DNA of 64,000 nt from Eledone cirrhosa (GCA_964016885.1 OZ024743.1:11160001-11224000); one strand, 5' to 3'; positions 14,901 to 30,350 are shown, counted from the first letter of the stretch. Made by a program: numbers and translations. Notes: generated from the letters alone by a model not told the origin.

Positions 14901-15334
14901 TGCATAAATTCTCTCTTTAGAAAGTTCTACTGAGGATGTATTTTAACAGTTTGTTTTCTTCACATTCCCAGCTAATGGTAGACTTATTATCATTGACAAT
15001 ATATTGATGTTGATGATTAACGTGACTGCAAGATATAGCATTCGAGGTAAAGTCTGTTGTGACATTTGGTGTCAGATTTCTCACCAGTATGGCTGTTTCA
15101 AGAGACTGTTTGTGTATTACTGTTGCTTGTTGTTAATAGTCTGACTGGCTACTACAAAACGTAGCAATATGGCTACCTGTTCTGACACCTGTTGAATGTA
15201 TGTATGATCTAGGAGACTGCTTACTTAGCGTTGTTATTTGTAGAGGTTTCACACTTTCATTATTGTTTTGAATAGTGTTTATGTATGTATGTGTGTATGT
15301 ATGTACCTACATACATATGTAGGTACATGCATAT

Positions 15335-15565
15335 ATACATACAATCATTCATACATAAATACATACATACAATCATTCATACATAAATACATACATACAA
15401 TCATTCATACATAAATACATACATACAATCATTCATACATAAATACATACATACAATCATTCATAAATACATACATACAAACAATCATACATAAATACAT
15501 ACATACAAACAATCATACATAAATACATACATACAAACAATCATTCATACATAAAAACATACATG
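15335..15565. repeat. ~28 bp minisatellite (CATACATAAATACATACATACAATCATT)n, about 8 units
   Basis: Directly visible tandem units. Confidence 0.9.
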
Positions 15566-15618
15566 TTATGTTTTATGGAAAGATATATATAGATATATAT
15601 GTATATATATGTGTGTGC

Positions 15619-15709
<91 letters not shown>

Positions 15710-15840
15710 CGTATATCTATATATATTTTAATATATATATCATTTATATCTTATCTATTCTGTGTAAGTTTCCTGAGAGAATAAATATAATTTCATAACC
15801 TTGATTGTTTTCTAATGTTGTATATATGTATGCATGTATG

Positions 15841-15904
<64 letters not shown>

Positions 15905-15909
15905 CACAA

Positions 15910-16106
15910 ATGGAAGTACAGCATATTCGAAGCTCGAGTGGCAGCTAAGCCGACGAATGCATTCAGAAGTGCAGCCAAGCACTCGATAAGGTATAACACC
16001 TTACAGTTACAACATACAGTTTAAAGGTGTTTGCAAATTGAAGATAGCGACCGGTAATTCAGCCGCGGGGTCCGGAGCAACGAAACAACTGACTCGCGAG
16101 AAAAAA
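15910..16106 (+). mobile_element. (TA)n-embedded short repeat with degenerate hammerhead-like core (16030-16100)
   Basis: TTGAAGA...CCGG/CCGG stem...GAAACAACTG; homologous to 3655-3845. Confidence 0.45.
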
Positions 16107-16129
16107 TATATACATATGTGTATATGTAT

Positions 16130-16239
<110 letters not shown>

Positions 16240-16529
16240 ACTCGTGTGTCACTTCCCTACATTCCATGTATATATATATATCTTTGTGTGTGTGCGCGCG
16301 CGTGTGTGTGTGTACAGGGTGTCCCCAAAAACATGTATACACAAAGGTTGTGCATTCTAATAAATTTAGCCTGTACAGGTAATCATATTGTGATATATTT
16401 AAAATATAATATATATATATATTATATATATATACACACATATGTGTATATATATATACATAATAATATATATACATATATTTATTTATATATATGTGTG
16501 TATATATATATATATATAATTATATATAT

Positions 16530-16730
16530 CAGTGGCGAAGGGTAACCTGGAAAGCAGGGCATGCAGTCCAATCGCCATGGCGGAAAGTGGGGCTGTGCAG
16601 CCTTACCCCCCCCCCCCCCCCAATTCCCTCTAAATGACCCTCCAGGTCAAAGCCGCATGTAGTGTTATCTTTTTATGTGTCTACGATTTAGTAAACACCC
16701 AAAATTCTGCTTGCTTCAACCGGTGCTGTC

Positions 16731-16790
<60 letters not shown>

Positions 16791-16853
16791 TATCTTTTTA
16801 TGTGTCTACGATTTAGCAAGCAGCCAAACTTCTTCTTGCTTCAACCGACGCTG

Positions 16854-16898
<45 letters not shown>

Positions 16899-17106
16899 CT
16901 CTTTATGTATCTACGATTTAGCAAGCAGCCACAATTCTGCTTGCTTCAATCGACGCTGTCGTGTGTGTGTGTGTGCTGGTTATCTTTTTATCTGTCTACG
17001 ATTTAGTGAGCAGCCAAAATTCTGCTTGCTTCAACCGATGCAATTGATGAACTCAAGATTCTATAACGCATGCACTGCATACGTTGCGTGCACGCACCCT
17101 TCGCCC

Positions 17107-17109
<3 letters not shown>
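16530..17109. mobile_element. hAT-like MITE inserted in (TA)n, containing an internal 4-copy tandem repeat
   Basis: TIRs CAGTGGCGAAGGGT / ACCCTTCGCCCCTG; ATATATAT on both sides is compatible with an 8-bp TSD. Confidence 0.7.
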
Positions 17110-17168
<59 letters not shown>

Positions 17169-17169
17169 T

Positions 17170-17239
<70 letters not shown>

Positions 17240-17370
17240 ATACATATATATATATATACACATATATATAAATGAGTGTGTTCTGTTATTAATTCTGGCA
17301 ATATTACGCAAATATGACCCTCCCCAAATATAACATATATATAAATATATATATGTATTATTATGTATGT

Positions 17371-17417
<47 letters not shown>

Positions 17418-17443
17418 TATAAATATATATATGTATTATTATG

Positions 17444-17502
<59 letters not shown>

Positions 17503-17508
17503 ATATAC

Positions 17509-17540
<32 letters not shown>

Positions 17541-19387
17541 GTGTGTGTGCATGTATAATCACCTCACATTTAGCGGTATTTAGGAATACACAATACAATG
17601 TGACCTTCATTTTATATAAAACGTTATTTGAGGACACTTAACTGTTATTTCTATCACTTCTAGTTAGCAAGTAGATGCTCATTCGGTTATAATTATATTT
17701 GTGTACATTAGCGAGTGGGCTTCATACATATTGCACACACATACACACACACATACGTATACTCGAGTTATACATTTTAGATAACATGCTTCAAGATATA
17801 TATTAAGAACTGTGCAATCAGCCGAAGTGTATGATAAGTTATATCTGTATATGAGATTGCACTGTGTGTAAATGAGATTGTACCAACGTGTATAAATATA
17901 TACATATATACATATATGTAGACATGTAAACATGCCAGAAAATACGGATTTCCTTGTAAAGTGAAAACATGCTAAACTATTTTAATTGATTTTCGGAACT
18001 GATTGGACCCTTATCTTTCTCCGCCCAATATATTGTGGATTTCGTTGATAGACAGGGGTGTCTCTTATTATTGGGCAAGTATCTTGACTCCGTCTTTAAT
18101 ATGAAAGCTACTTTTTAAATACATAACTTTTATTATGTCAACAATATTTTACAAAAAGAAGTTATACAATGATGGGAATATGAAAAAGAAAGATTAAAAA
18201 CAAAATTAATTAATGGAAAAAAAGGGGGGAAAGAGTAAAGAAGGGCAGATCTGGCTGTATGGGAAAGTAGAGGAAAGGACTATAACTGCCATAAATGAGA
18301 GGAAAAGGTGGGAAAAACAAGGAGTCTTGGGCCTTGGAAGGAAGGTGAGAAGCTGATCGGCTCTATGCCTAGGGTGGAGCGGTTTTTCAACTATGCTTCA
18401 CAGACAAAACTACAAAGGTATTTTCGCGGACAATTGCCAGCGGTGTGAAGCCGCCGGACAAGCCACGGTATTTGCTTGTCTTCCTGATCCGAATGAGCTA
18501 TATCCAAAGTTCTTTAGACGGGGCTGCAAAGTTACATATAGTTTAGCATATCAGAGGTATTTGACCTTTCTTCCCTCGTCTTATTATCAACGTTGCCATT
18601 CTTCCCTCTACCCTCTAGTAAAATGTTTGTTTCGTACATAGGCTTCCCGTGTTTGAAAAAAACGTTTGCAAATGAAGATATTTCGTTTGAATTTGAAACA
18701 TTTCCGTTTGATACACGTGAGCATGCGAATGCTATTCTGATTGTTGTCTTTTGTTGTTTTTGTCGTCAAACGTGTTATGTGTGATGTTTTTGTTTTTTTT
18801 TAATATTGTTATTTTCATGTTTGGTAGTTGGAAATTTATGTTCATATATATTTGTGTTCTTTATTTTCTCTGTGTATGTGCTGTTTTGTTGTTCCCTTCC
18901 ATTGTTTTGGTGGGTGGTACACGACACCATTAAAAAAGGTTAAAATGGTTTGTTTAAAAATTCAACTTTGTTTTCATATTCCACATACGAGGTTGACTTC
19001 CAATAGGTAATAACTTCCAATAGGTCAGTAATGTGTGAAAGAAATACAAAATGTAAATTATTTCCTTCAATTACACCTGAAAATCTTAAGCATGTCTCAA
19101 AAGGTTCAAGGGAATGAATAATGAAATTTAGTTCTTGATTCTGGAGTCTTAATGCCGCCATCCCAACACACGGTGTCTTGGACATCTAAAACCTGGCAGA
19201 ACAAAACAAATTTCTTCAGGAAAAGGAAAGGAGCAAGAGAAAGTCATATAGAGAGATAGAGAAATAATCTACCCCGGTACTGGACTGGACTAGACTGGGA
19301 TTTGAACTCAGTTGGCCGAAACAAATAATAAGACCATTATTCCAACACCCTATGACACCTCATATGTGCTGCATTCAAAAGAATATA

Positions 19388-19535
19388 TTGGTTTCTAATT
19401 TAGGCACAAGGCCAGCAATTTATTAGAGAAACATTCGATTACATCGAACCCATTCCTTTCTTTCTACTTTATTTAATAGACCATGGAAGGATGAAAGGCA
19501 AAGTTGACTTTGGTGGGATTTGAACTCAGAACGTA
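19388..19535 (-). mobile_element. SINE family A, diverged
   Basis: GGCACAAGGCCAGCAATT...GGATGAAAGGCAAAGTTGAC...GGGATTTGAACTCAGAAC. Confidence 0.85.
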
Positions 19536-19707
19536 CTTCTCACTCTCAGAAATATATCAGCAGATTTAAACTATGGATAAAATGCAGCTTGTGAAATAAC
19601 TTACCCGTTCGGTTATTCTGCTTCTATGATAGAGAAAAGTGTGTTGCTACCATTTGCTTTTGTTATAAGCACAACTACACCCATTCACAATGTTGTTTAA
19701 TTACTAA

Positions 19708-19856
<149 letters not shown>

Positions 19857-20706
19857 CCTTAGTAAGGTTTTACGACTTTACTTGGTCAAATAACTTGACG
19901 AAACCATTAACATGTTCTTCATAAACAATTTCGAGAAAATAACTCAGTAAATGTGTCAAAGTGTTGCCGGTGTCAAAATATCTTATTTTTACGGTTGTTA
20001 AGAGACACGGCCATGTCTTGTTGATGTCACAAACTGACACTCTCACAGCTCTTCTAACGATCAACTATATTTCATTAATTCCTTATGGCTGCTTTATTTG
20101 CTTGCTTGTTTGTTTTAATTTATGCCTGACTGATTACGTTGCCTGTTGCCTTCTTTTCAACGAACACAAACCACTCAAGAGTCCTAAAACGTCTCGAAAT
20201 AAAAAGTAAAGATTCGTGGCGAGGGAGAGAAACTCGTGTCAGTGAAGCATTGACTAATATAGTTTTGGCCGGCGCCACACAACTTCAAGTCAACACAGGT
20301 TGGGTGGTCTAGCCATAAACCTCGTCTCGCTCTGCTAACTCAGGTGACGTAATTAAATCAGATAGTGTTTATTGTGCGCTTTTTACATTGTTGTTTAGAT
20401 CCTATTGCTGTGCTAAGGTTTCAAAAGATGCTACTGCTGCTGTTGTTGTCTAAGTTAAGTAAAATATATATATCTACAATTACCAACAATTTATTGTATT
20501 AAATCTAGTGCATGATTAACAATTGATTCTCTTTTATAACCAACAGTCTGATTGAATTAAATTAACGTTTAAATATATTCGTTATAACAATTAATACTAG
20601 TTTATTTGTGATCATTAACGGTGTTTTAAACATATTTTACACAGAAGCATCTTACATTAATTTCTAAAATAGAAATTGAATTATATCGCCCATAATACTT
20701 TATTCG

Positions 20707-20930
20707 TGGAGGTGCATGGCCTAATGGTAAGGTTGTTGGACTTACGATCATAATGTCGTGGGTTTGATTCTTGGACTGGGTTGTGTGTTTTGTTCTTAAG
20801 CAAAACACTCAGCTGGGGGTTTAATCCTATGAGTGACTGGCATCCTCGCCAGGGGTAAGTCTTGTACTCTCAGTTGCTTAACGCCATGGAAACCGACCTG
20901 GCGAACATCCGTGCTTGAGACCGACTTTAG
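20707..20930 (+). mobile_element. SINE family B (tRNA-derived head)
   Basis: TGGCCTAATGG A-box-like, GGTTTGATTC B-box-like, followed by GTTCTTAAGCAAAACACT. Confidence 0.65.
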
Positions 20931-21185
20931 AATTAAGATAATATTTTACTAGTACTACTTTTATTGATTCAAAAGTTATTAAAGACAAATCAATCACGTC
21001 AGAATATAAAGGGACATGAACGAATACTGCGTGGAGATTTGTCTAATTCTCTAACAAATCTTCCTCGCCTCTTAATCATCTTTGAATCCGACTACATTAA
21101 TAAGTTGACTGTCCTATTGCTTAGCTTATATTTTCGGTAACATACTATTTATAATTCAAACACGTATATAACTGTATTATTCTTA

Positions 21186-21366
21186 GGCAGTATCGGTAGA
21201 GGGTTGGACGCCATGCTTTGACGCATAGAGTTACGGCCCTTGCCATTCTGAGTTCAAATCCAGCTGAGGTTAACTTTGCCTTTCATCCTTACGGGGTCGA
21301 TAAAATAAAGTACCAGTAATGTACTGGGTAATTGCTGGCCTTGTGCCTAAAGTAGAAACAATTATT
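21186..21366 (+). mobile_element. SINE family A
   Basis: GGCAGTATCGGTAGAGGG...GAGTTCAAATCC...GCTGGCCTTGTGCCTAAAGTAGAAAC. Confidence 0.92.
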
Positions 21367-21792
21367 CTTACTCGTCTAAATTTATTTTATAACTAAGAAG
21401 TTTATGAAAGGGTAGGTTATAATTAATTGAATCATCAAAAATATATTACTGGTACATATTCTAGTGAGTAATATAAATTCAATCATGAACATCGTATACC
21501 TTACTGTATATTTTACTGTTGACTGTACAATGCAAATTGTCTAGAACTTCTTTTTCTGTAACTGACCTTTAATAATTCATATTGAACTATACATCAATAA
21601 AGTTTAAATAACGTCACCTATTTTCTCACTCGATAGTGATGCACTGATATGCAATAGTTTTACTGAGGTAATACATGCTTGATATTGATACACTGAGATG
21701 GGAAGAGGCCTTCATGAAGCAGTATAATGTATTATTCTCTAGAGTTACGAAGCGTATGAAGCTAGACAATGAGTCACTTTTTTTTCTCAGCT

Positions 21793-21851
<59 letters not shown>

Positions 21852-21865
21852 GAACTTATATATAT

Positions 21866-22071
21866 ATTAGAAAATGAGGGGTTTTTTTCCAAAATGAAAA
21901 AAAAAACAGATGTCCTACACGAGTGAAAGTATAAGGAAAAAAGATGATGAAATCGAAAATGCAACTGGAGTCTTTTTAAGAATATTTTTTGGGGTTCCTT
22001 TACCGGCTTCGCAGTTCTTATGCTTTTCAAAAGTAGAATTGAGATGGAGGGTTTGTGGTTTTTCTCGCATC
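21866..22071 (-). mobile_element. ~190 bp (TA)n-associated repeat family C, copy 1 (carries the 3' half of a hammerhead-like motif)
   Basis: Reverse complement of 52345-52540, 53727-53921 and 62496-62640. Confidence 0.85.
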
Positions 22072-22499
22072 TGGTTGGTGTTCGAATGTTACTTCTGTTT
22101 TATGTGGAAAAAAGTCGCTCGAAATGCTAGGTTTTTTTACCAAAGTAATTTGGTTGGATGATGACTGTCACGTGAATAAGTATAATAAATTTCGCGCCAG
22201 TTCACGTTATAAAGTTCTTATTATATTTGCCTTTAAAAAAAGGTGAGTAAGCACATCAACTTTCGCGCCAGTTCGTGTTTGAGGGTTCTTTTCACTTAAA
22301 AAATTTGGTCAAAAATTTTTTTTTAGAAATGTAATTTGATTAGTAATGACTGTCATGTGAATAAGTACATTAAATTTCGCGCCTGTATTTGGGAATTCTT
22401 TGTAGCCATTTAGAGAATTTTGTGCTAAACAAATGATAATGGTCAAGAAAAAGGGGATGGGGAGAATTGTTCTCGTTCAGTGAGTATGGTTGATGTGCT

Positions 22500-22567
22500 G
22501 AGGTGTCAAAATTCAGACTTTCTATTGAAATAAAGAAAGTAGAGATATATATTTTTATTTGTGTGCT

Positions 22568-22655
<88 letters not shown>

Positions 22656-23468
22656 AAAACGATTCTATTAGTAGAAATGGGGGAGGGAGTTATGTGTGTG
22701 TGTATGTGTGTGTGGGAGTATGGTTAGCATGTTAAGATGGAGAGAATATATATTTGTGTGTGTGTGTGTGTGTGTGTAGGAAAATGATTCCGTTAGTAGA
22801 AATGAGAGAGGGTGTTATGTGTGTGTGGGGGTATGGTTAGCATGTTACGGTGTTAGAGTATTAATGTATGTTAAGGTTTATTTAGCTCTGGTTTTTATTT
22901 TCGAATATAGAAGGTGTTATGTGTGTGTGTATGTATATGTCTCTTTGGATGGTTAGCATGTTATGGTGTTGACATAATGTATATTAAACTATATTTAATG
23001 CTGGTCTATATTTTTTAATAAACATATTTTCCTTATTTATTCGTATTTGTTCTATTGTATTGTCAGCGCAAAGATAAAGTGGGAAGACTTGGAATTTGGG
23101 TGTCTTATTACTTGCGCATATGTCTAGATGTGCACTTAGTGGTATCTGTCTCGTGGTTGGATCTCGTAATTGTTGGCGATGAACAGTCATTCTGTTTCTG
23201 AGTGTGAGTTTAGTTTGCCCTATATAATCTTCATTGCATCCTTTACATTTAATGGCATAAAGTAAATTTTTTGATGAGCAAGTGAAGTGATTTTTTACAA
23301 GAAAATGTTGTCCTGTGTATGGTGCCTTCAATGAGGTGAGTGCAGGTTCCACAATTAGAGCGACCACATTTTTGACAGTTGGTTGTGGGTTTGTGGTAGG
23401 TAATTTGGCATTGGTGAGTAATGTTTTTAGTGATTTCGGTTGTCTTTTGCTTTTGATTATTTTGTGTG

Positions 23469-23473
<5 letters not shown>
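22500..23473 (-). mobile_element. 5'-truncated Penelope-like element: linker and C-terminal GIY-YIG endonuclease (22984-23473), then a repetitive 3' region
   Basis: KSKRQPKSLKTLLTNAK, frameshifted KCGRSNCGTC knuckle, CSSKNLLYAIKCKGCNEDYIGQT...RMTVHRQQ...E..FIKKYRPALN. Confidence 0.92.
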
Positions 23474-23552
<79 letters not shown>

Positions 23553-23666
23553 CACACAAAATAATCAAAAGCAAAAGACAACCGAAATCATTAAAAACAT
23601 TACTCACCAAGGCTCTGATACCAACAACACTATAAACACAGAGTTGGTATATCTAAGAACTGACTA

Positions 23667-23722
23667 ACTGCCTGATGAGGTCATAGCCATTCAATGGCTA
23701 TCATCGAAATATATATAGCAGT
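23667..23722 (+). ncRNA. Type I hammerhead ribozyme
   Basis: ACTGC-CTGATGA-GGTCATAGCCATTCAATGGCTATCATC-GAAA-TATATA-TA-GCAGT, followed immediately by AATAAA and, ~40 bp later, (TA)n. Confidence 0.88.
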
Positions 23723-24700
23723 AAATAAAGGATTATAAGTTCATGCAATTGACTTATGTTTCGTCACTATATATATATATATATATAAATATAAGCCCCC
23801 CCCCTCCCCCCACATTTTTCTGACGCTTCCAAATATTGAAAAAGCTTGAAGCTCAGCACAATTTTATTATCTTTCTCTCTAGACCATGATATTATATGCT
23901 TAAGCAAGAAGTCAATAAATTAGGTTATGTATTCATATACTTGTATAATCATAAAACTATTATTTATTGTATAAACCAGAATTCTCAAATGTCGTCTTAT
24001 TGGCTCGAAAACTTTCTAAAATTCTGTCTGTTATAGACGAAAATTATTGAATTAACCATGCGTATACTTTAATAATTGAAAGTTTGAGACGATGATAAAT
24101 AATCGCCGAACAAATATGAGTCATTGTAGCATTTAGACACCTAACAAACGAAAGTCGATGAATATTATATGCCCGTATTGGGTTGATATATCAACGTTGA
24201 AGTCAAACCGTAGTCTTCTATTATGGCCAATGAAATATCATAATCCTGCAACATTACAAATCATACGATAAATATATGCTGTTAGCAGCAATAAATTGGA
24301 CATGCGTATGGTAATTGCCAGTAACTGTTTGAACAAGTTATGAGTTAAGTGTCTTAGTTAAGATTATAGTGATGCGTTAGAGATTAGATACGAGATATTG
24401 AAACTTCGTCCGGTGGTCAAGCAACCTATTTGCCTCAACCAGCTGCGACTCAGCAGATAAATAATAGTGATACTCTAATCCTATAATCTCAGTGGTAACA
24501 ACATTTTTCTTTCCATGTTCCAGTTTAAAGGAAATATAATATATATATTTACACACTTTATGCAAAACGTACAAAATGTATTTAATAAAAGGTATTTACA
24601 TTTTTTAGCTTATAGAGGTAAATAATTTAAATTACAGAAAATTATTACGAACTATGTTTTTATCTGCAATAAATGAAGCATAAATTACATTCATTATTTT

Positions 24701-25070
24701 CGGTGGTTTGGCAGTATCGGTAGAGGGTCGGACGCCATGCTTTGCAGAGTTACGGCCCTTTATGGTCTGAGTTCAAATCCCGCCGAGGTTAACTTTGCCT
24801 TTCATCCTTACGGGGTCGATAAAATAAAGTACCAGTAATACACTGGAATAATTGCTGGCCTTGTGCCAATAGTAGAAATAATTATTTTCTGTAGAGCATT
24901 GGACAACATGCTTAGCAGCATAGAGTTATGCCCAATTTACGTTCTGAGTTCAAATCCCGCCGATTAGCTTTCCATTTCATCCTTACGGGGTCGATAAAAT
25001 AAAGTCAATTTAATCGACTTTCCCCTCCCCCCAAATTGTTGGCCTTGTGCCTAAATTAGAAATCATTATT
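24701..25070 (+). mobile_element. Two head-to-tail SINE family A copies (24701-24886, 24890-25070)
   Basis: Both contain GAGTTCAAATCCCGCCGA and TTTCATCCTTACGGGGTCGATAAAATAAAGT. Confidence 0.92.
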
Positions 25071-25581
25071 TTCTGTGAAAAATACTATGTCAAATTCTAT
25101 GCTTCATTTAGTGCATAGTACATAATAATTATCTGTATTTTAAATTATTTATCTTTATAAGCTACAAAATCAAAATCCCTATTCACGGCGAACCGTTTGG
25201 TAGCCGCTGGACTCTGTTCAACACGGGAATGAGTGAGTATTTCCAGGTCAACTTTAACATATTTAAGACATTGAGTAAACTTTCTATTTACCCCTCAAAC
25301 GGTATTAGTTTACTGGGGCTGGTGTATATAATAGTTATAAGTAATACCATCAATGAGTAACAGATTTAAATGGGGACCATAGTTTCAAGTTCGGAGATTC
25401 TGATAGCATACCACAACTACTTGAAGTATAGGAATATGAAACTCCTTCACCAAATGTTTGAAACCGAATGCGCAAGTATTAGTGCGTGTGTGCGAGTGTA
25501 TTTATATTAGATTATGCTACAACCTAACCCGGGAGGTCTTGGGTAGGCTATGGACATGCCATGATCATCGGTCTAACACAT

Positions 25582-25768
25582 TAGACCTCTATCAATTTGA
25601 CGGGGAGATTCGTAATAGTCTTTGAGGTGGGTGAAAGATGTCTTCTCTTGTGAATACGGGTATAGCTTTCATTATGTAAAATCTCCCGATTTTGCCTCTT
25701 TTCTCCCCGTTTTGGGGCACTTTTTTTCATGGTATTCCCCGTTTGAGTTTTTAGAGGTTGACAAGTCT
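25582..25768 (-). mobile_element. ~190 bp MITE (TIR consensus CAGACCTGTCAAC), copy 1
   Basis: Reverse complement of 26739-26935 (AGCTTTCATTATGTAAAATC core). Confidence 0.75.
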
Positions 25769-25869
25769 TACACATTTTGTTTTGTCTTTTGTTTTTTCGC
25801 AATCTTAAACGTTGTTTCTGTGATATTGTTAGTTAATGAAAACAAATTAATCGACCGTGCCTCACGTTT

Positions 25870-26310
25870 TCATTAGTCATAAGCTTTATTTTCTGGCGTG
25901 GGACATGAATTTGTTGAACTAATCGTTAGACAGATAGGAGCCTGTGGATTTTTTAAGACACCTTTTTGACAGATACGATTCAGCAAATTTGTAAAAATTA
26001 CTTGTTAGATAAATTTAATGAGACATTTGTCTGACATATGAGAGATATTGAATGTGTTAAGACTTGTTTGACATATGCCAGTCAGAGAATTTATTTAGAC
26101 TTGTTTGAAAGATATGAGAGAGTTAAAATCATTAAGATAACCTGTTTGATGGATATGAAACAGCGAATTAGTGAAGAACACTTGTTAGGCAAGTGTTCGC
26201 CGTCACTTAATTTATTTAAGGTACTTGTCTATCAGTAAATTAAAGATGCTTGTTTAACAGATACACGTCAAATAATTTATTAAGAGACTCTTGTCTGTCA
26301 AACGAGACAC
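25870..26310. repeat. Degenerate ~40 bp tandem repeat
   Basis: Recurring TTAAGAC..TTGTTTGACAGATATG-like units. Confidence 0.5.
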
Positions 26311-26738
26311 TACGTCTTTTTAAATGCTCCGCATATGAGAGTCGATCTATGTGTCTGACGGATGAGTTTTCCCAACAGTTGTCTCAGAATTTGTCGCCAT
26401 ATATTTTAACATAAATCGTTGTTTAGCACTTTGTCAAACATAATTGAGCAGACCTATGATCAAAGGCATTCCATTTGTGACCGTCTAGTTTAGTTTATCT
26501 ACGAATACATTATCTATTGTATACTGTTTTTTTTTTTGTTTTTTTATTGTTTTGTTTTTTAAAGATAGCGATGTTTCTGACTGGTCGGGTGATAATGTAG
26601 AGAATGCTTCGTTGGATAATTTAACATTTCTAAGGTGACACACAATTAATAGATTGGTAAGACACTTGTTTAGTTGCATATTTATTAGACAGAGTTTCAG
26701 ACCTGTCAACCTAACTTTCGATTCAGGTTATATATATA

Positions 26739-26935
26739 GCAGACATGCCAACCTCTAAAATTCAAACGGGGAGTACCATAAAAAAAAAGTGCTCCAAAAC
26801 GAGGAGAAGTGAGGCGAAATAGGGGGGATTTTACATAATGAAAGCTATGCTCATTTTCACAAGAGTAGACATCTCTAACCCACCCCAAAGTGGGTGGGAG
26901 ATCTCCCCATCAGAAGGGTAGAGTTGACAGGTCTG
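26739..26935 (+). mobile_element. MITE copy 2; extra left TIR at 26699, partial copy 3 at 28503-28615
   Basis: CAGACATGCCAACC ... GAGTTGACAGGTCTG. Confidence 0.75.
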
Positions 26936-27387
26936 CAGTTTGGAGACATTTCCACGTCTATGATAAACGTGGTGCATTGCTATTAGAAATAATAATCTAT
27001 CATATATTGAAAATTTTGAAACGGCTTTTAAGTTTAAGTAAGAAAGTATCTTTTTTGGTGACAGAAAAGATTTGTACATTGCCTCGAATTTGCACATTGA
27101 ACACGAATTCACACCTGTATTATACCGTTTCACCGTGCTAACCATATATACACTAAAGCGCCACCGACAAATTTTCCCGTTATATTAAGCTGTATATATG
27201 TAAACATTCTATTTATAGAACTTGTATATTGCGGGTATGGGTTCAAATCCTACGAGAGGCCCTGTATCATTTGGTTCCGTTTTCAGGCTTTATATGCCTA
27301 ACTTTTCATATTCAAACAACGTTGGTACTTCTAACTTTCAAATTCAAAAACTTCCTATACTTCACCGGTTGTAACAATATATTGTTT

Positions 27388-27462
<75 letters not shown>

Positions 27463-27466
27463 TATA

Positions 27467-27809
27467 CAGTGTACCCTCGGCATTCGTGGCCCCGACATTC
27501 GTGGAATTTTTCTAAGAACTTAACTAATAATTGTTCGTGGAAACTACCACATATTCGCGGAATCGTAAATACCTTGAGCGATTTTTATGGCTTTTTTGTG
27601 GCAATATATATATTTTTTTAATGCTAAATTATTAATAACAATATACCGTATTTGCCGGCTTATTGGACGCACCTTCGCATAAGACGCTCCCTCTTTTTTT
27701 ATTATATTTTACGTTATATTTTTACGTTTATAGGCATTTTTGTGGACCACGTTTTTGACTCTTCGCGGGTGCTCTAGGAACGTAACTCACGCGAGTACCG
27801 GGGGACAAC

Positions 27810-27811
<2 letters not shown>
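27467..27811. mobile_element. Tc1/mariner (pogo/Tigger-like) MITE
   Basis: TA|CAGTGTACCCTCGGCATTCG ... CGCGAGTACCGGGGGACAACTG imperfect TIRs; an internal CCGTATTT...ATAAGACGC Tigger-like end near 27645. Confidence 0.65.
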
Positions 27812-27841
<30 letters not shown>

Positions 27842-29130
27842 CACACACACATATAATTTTCGAGCATTCAAGGATTGACAACCACTCATGCATAGCATAC
27901 GTGACGCGAGAAAGACTCATCAATCTATTTAAGCATAATTTTTTTTGTTTGTAAGTAGTGTTCGTTATCTGTGAGTTTATACATATATATATATGTGTGT
28001 AAGCCTCTTCGTGTGTGCGTGTGTGCGAAAGTATTTATGACACGTGTGTACAGTTAGACCTCTTTTATCAGATATCAGATTTTTCGATTAACTGATACAA
28101 TCGTAAACAAAGGAGGTCATTATGAGTATTTTTACGTAAAGAGTCATGTTTATAGATTTTTTTATGTTATTCAATTAGTAAAAAGTTGTACTTTTCTGCA
28201 AACTTTGATGCTTGTTCACAACGAATCAATCATTCCGATACCATGCTTTTGCTTTTCTGTTCGATTGCCAATGGGGTTCGTATTTTATTCACAGCAGAAA
28301 CTCTATTAACACTCGAATAAAAGCATCTCTGATTTTGCCATGTGTTTAAATCCTTTAGTATGTCAGTCACTTTCGGGTGGTTAAAATTGTTTTTTAGCCA
28401 TAAAAAAAATGTTGCGGTCGTTGCAGAGTGTCGGTTGCACCCCCCTTTTTGATGAAACGTTTGAAATGTTCATCAGTAATTCAAATTCACTTTGACAAAA
28501 TGGGGCGATTTTACATAATGAAAGCTATACCCATTTTCATAAGAGAAGACATCTTTCGTCCACCCCAAAGTAGGTTGGAGATCTCCCCGTCGGATGGGGA
28601 GAGTTGACAGGTCTGATATCACTCTACATTCATTTTGCTCCCAGTACATTCTGTACGAACAGGGTGATGCAATAGATTGGTCACAACATTCTACTTCTAT
28701 GTTAGATAAGAAGGAAAATCACCAGCGAACCAACGTGAGAGCATCTACGTAATCGCTTGACCTTGGAGAAATGGCAACTAAATATTCGCCAAAATACACT
28801 CAACTGTTCTAAAAATTGAAAGAACACAGTAGATATTATAGTTTTATATTCCCATAAAAAGACGGTTGGAATACTATTTATCACAGAGCTGCCCGATCAC
28901 AGTTGACCCGGGGCCAAACCCCAACAACAACTCAATTCAAACTACATACAGTCTAGTTAGAAGCGAATAGATCAACCTACAACTTGAAGCAGATGACTAG
29001 GTGGTCCAGTATTATAATACATGTTTTCTCTCAGGTTGACTGACGGCACGGAAATCAGCTGCGACAGTTTTATTAACGTCGTCTGATACACTTTAAATAA
29101 CACACGTTCATCAAGCGTCCCACCTCCAAA

Positions 29131-30350
<1,220 letters not shown>

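Noticed and set aside
16660-17040. CRISPR-like repeat-spacer appearance
   Set aside because: Spacers are plain (GT)n, repeats are ~65 bp and divergent, the context is eukaryotic and there are no cas genes
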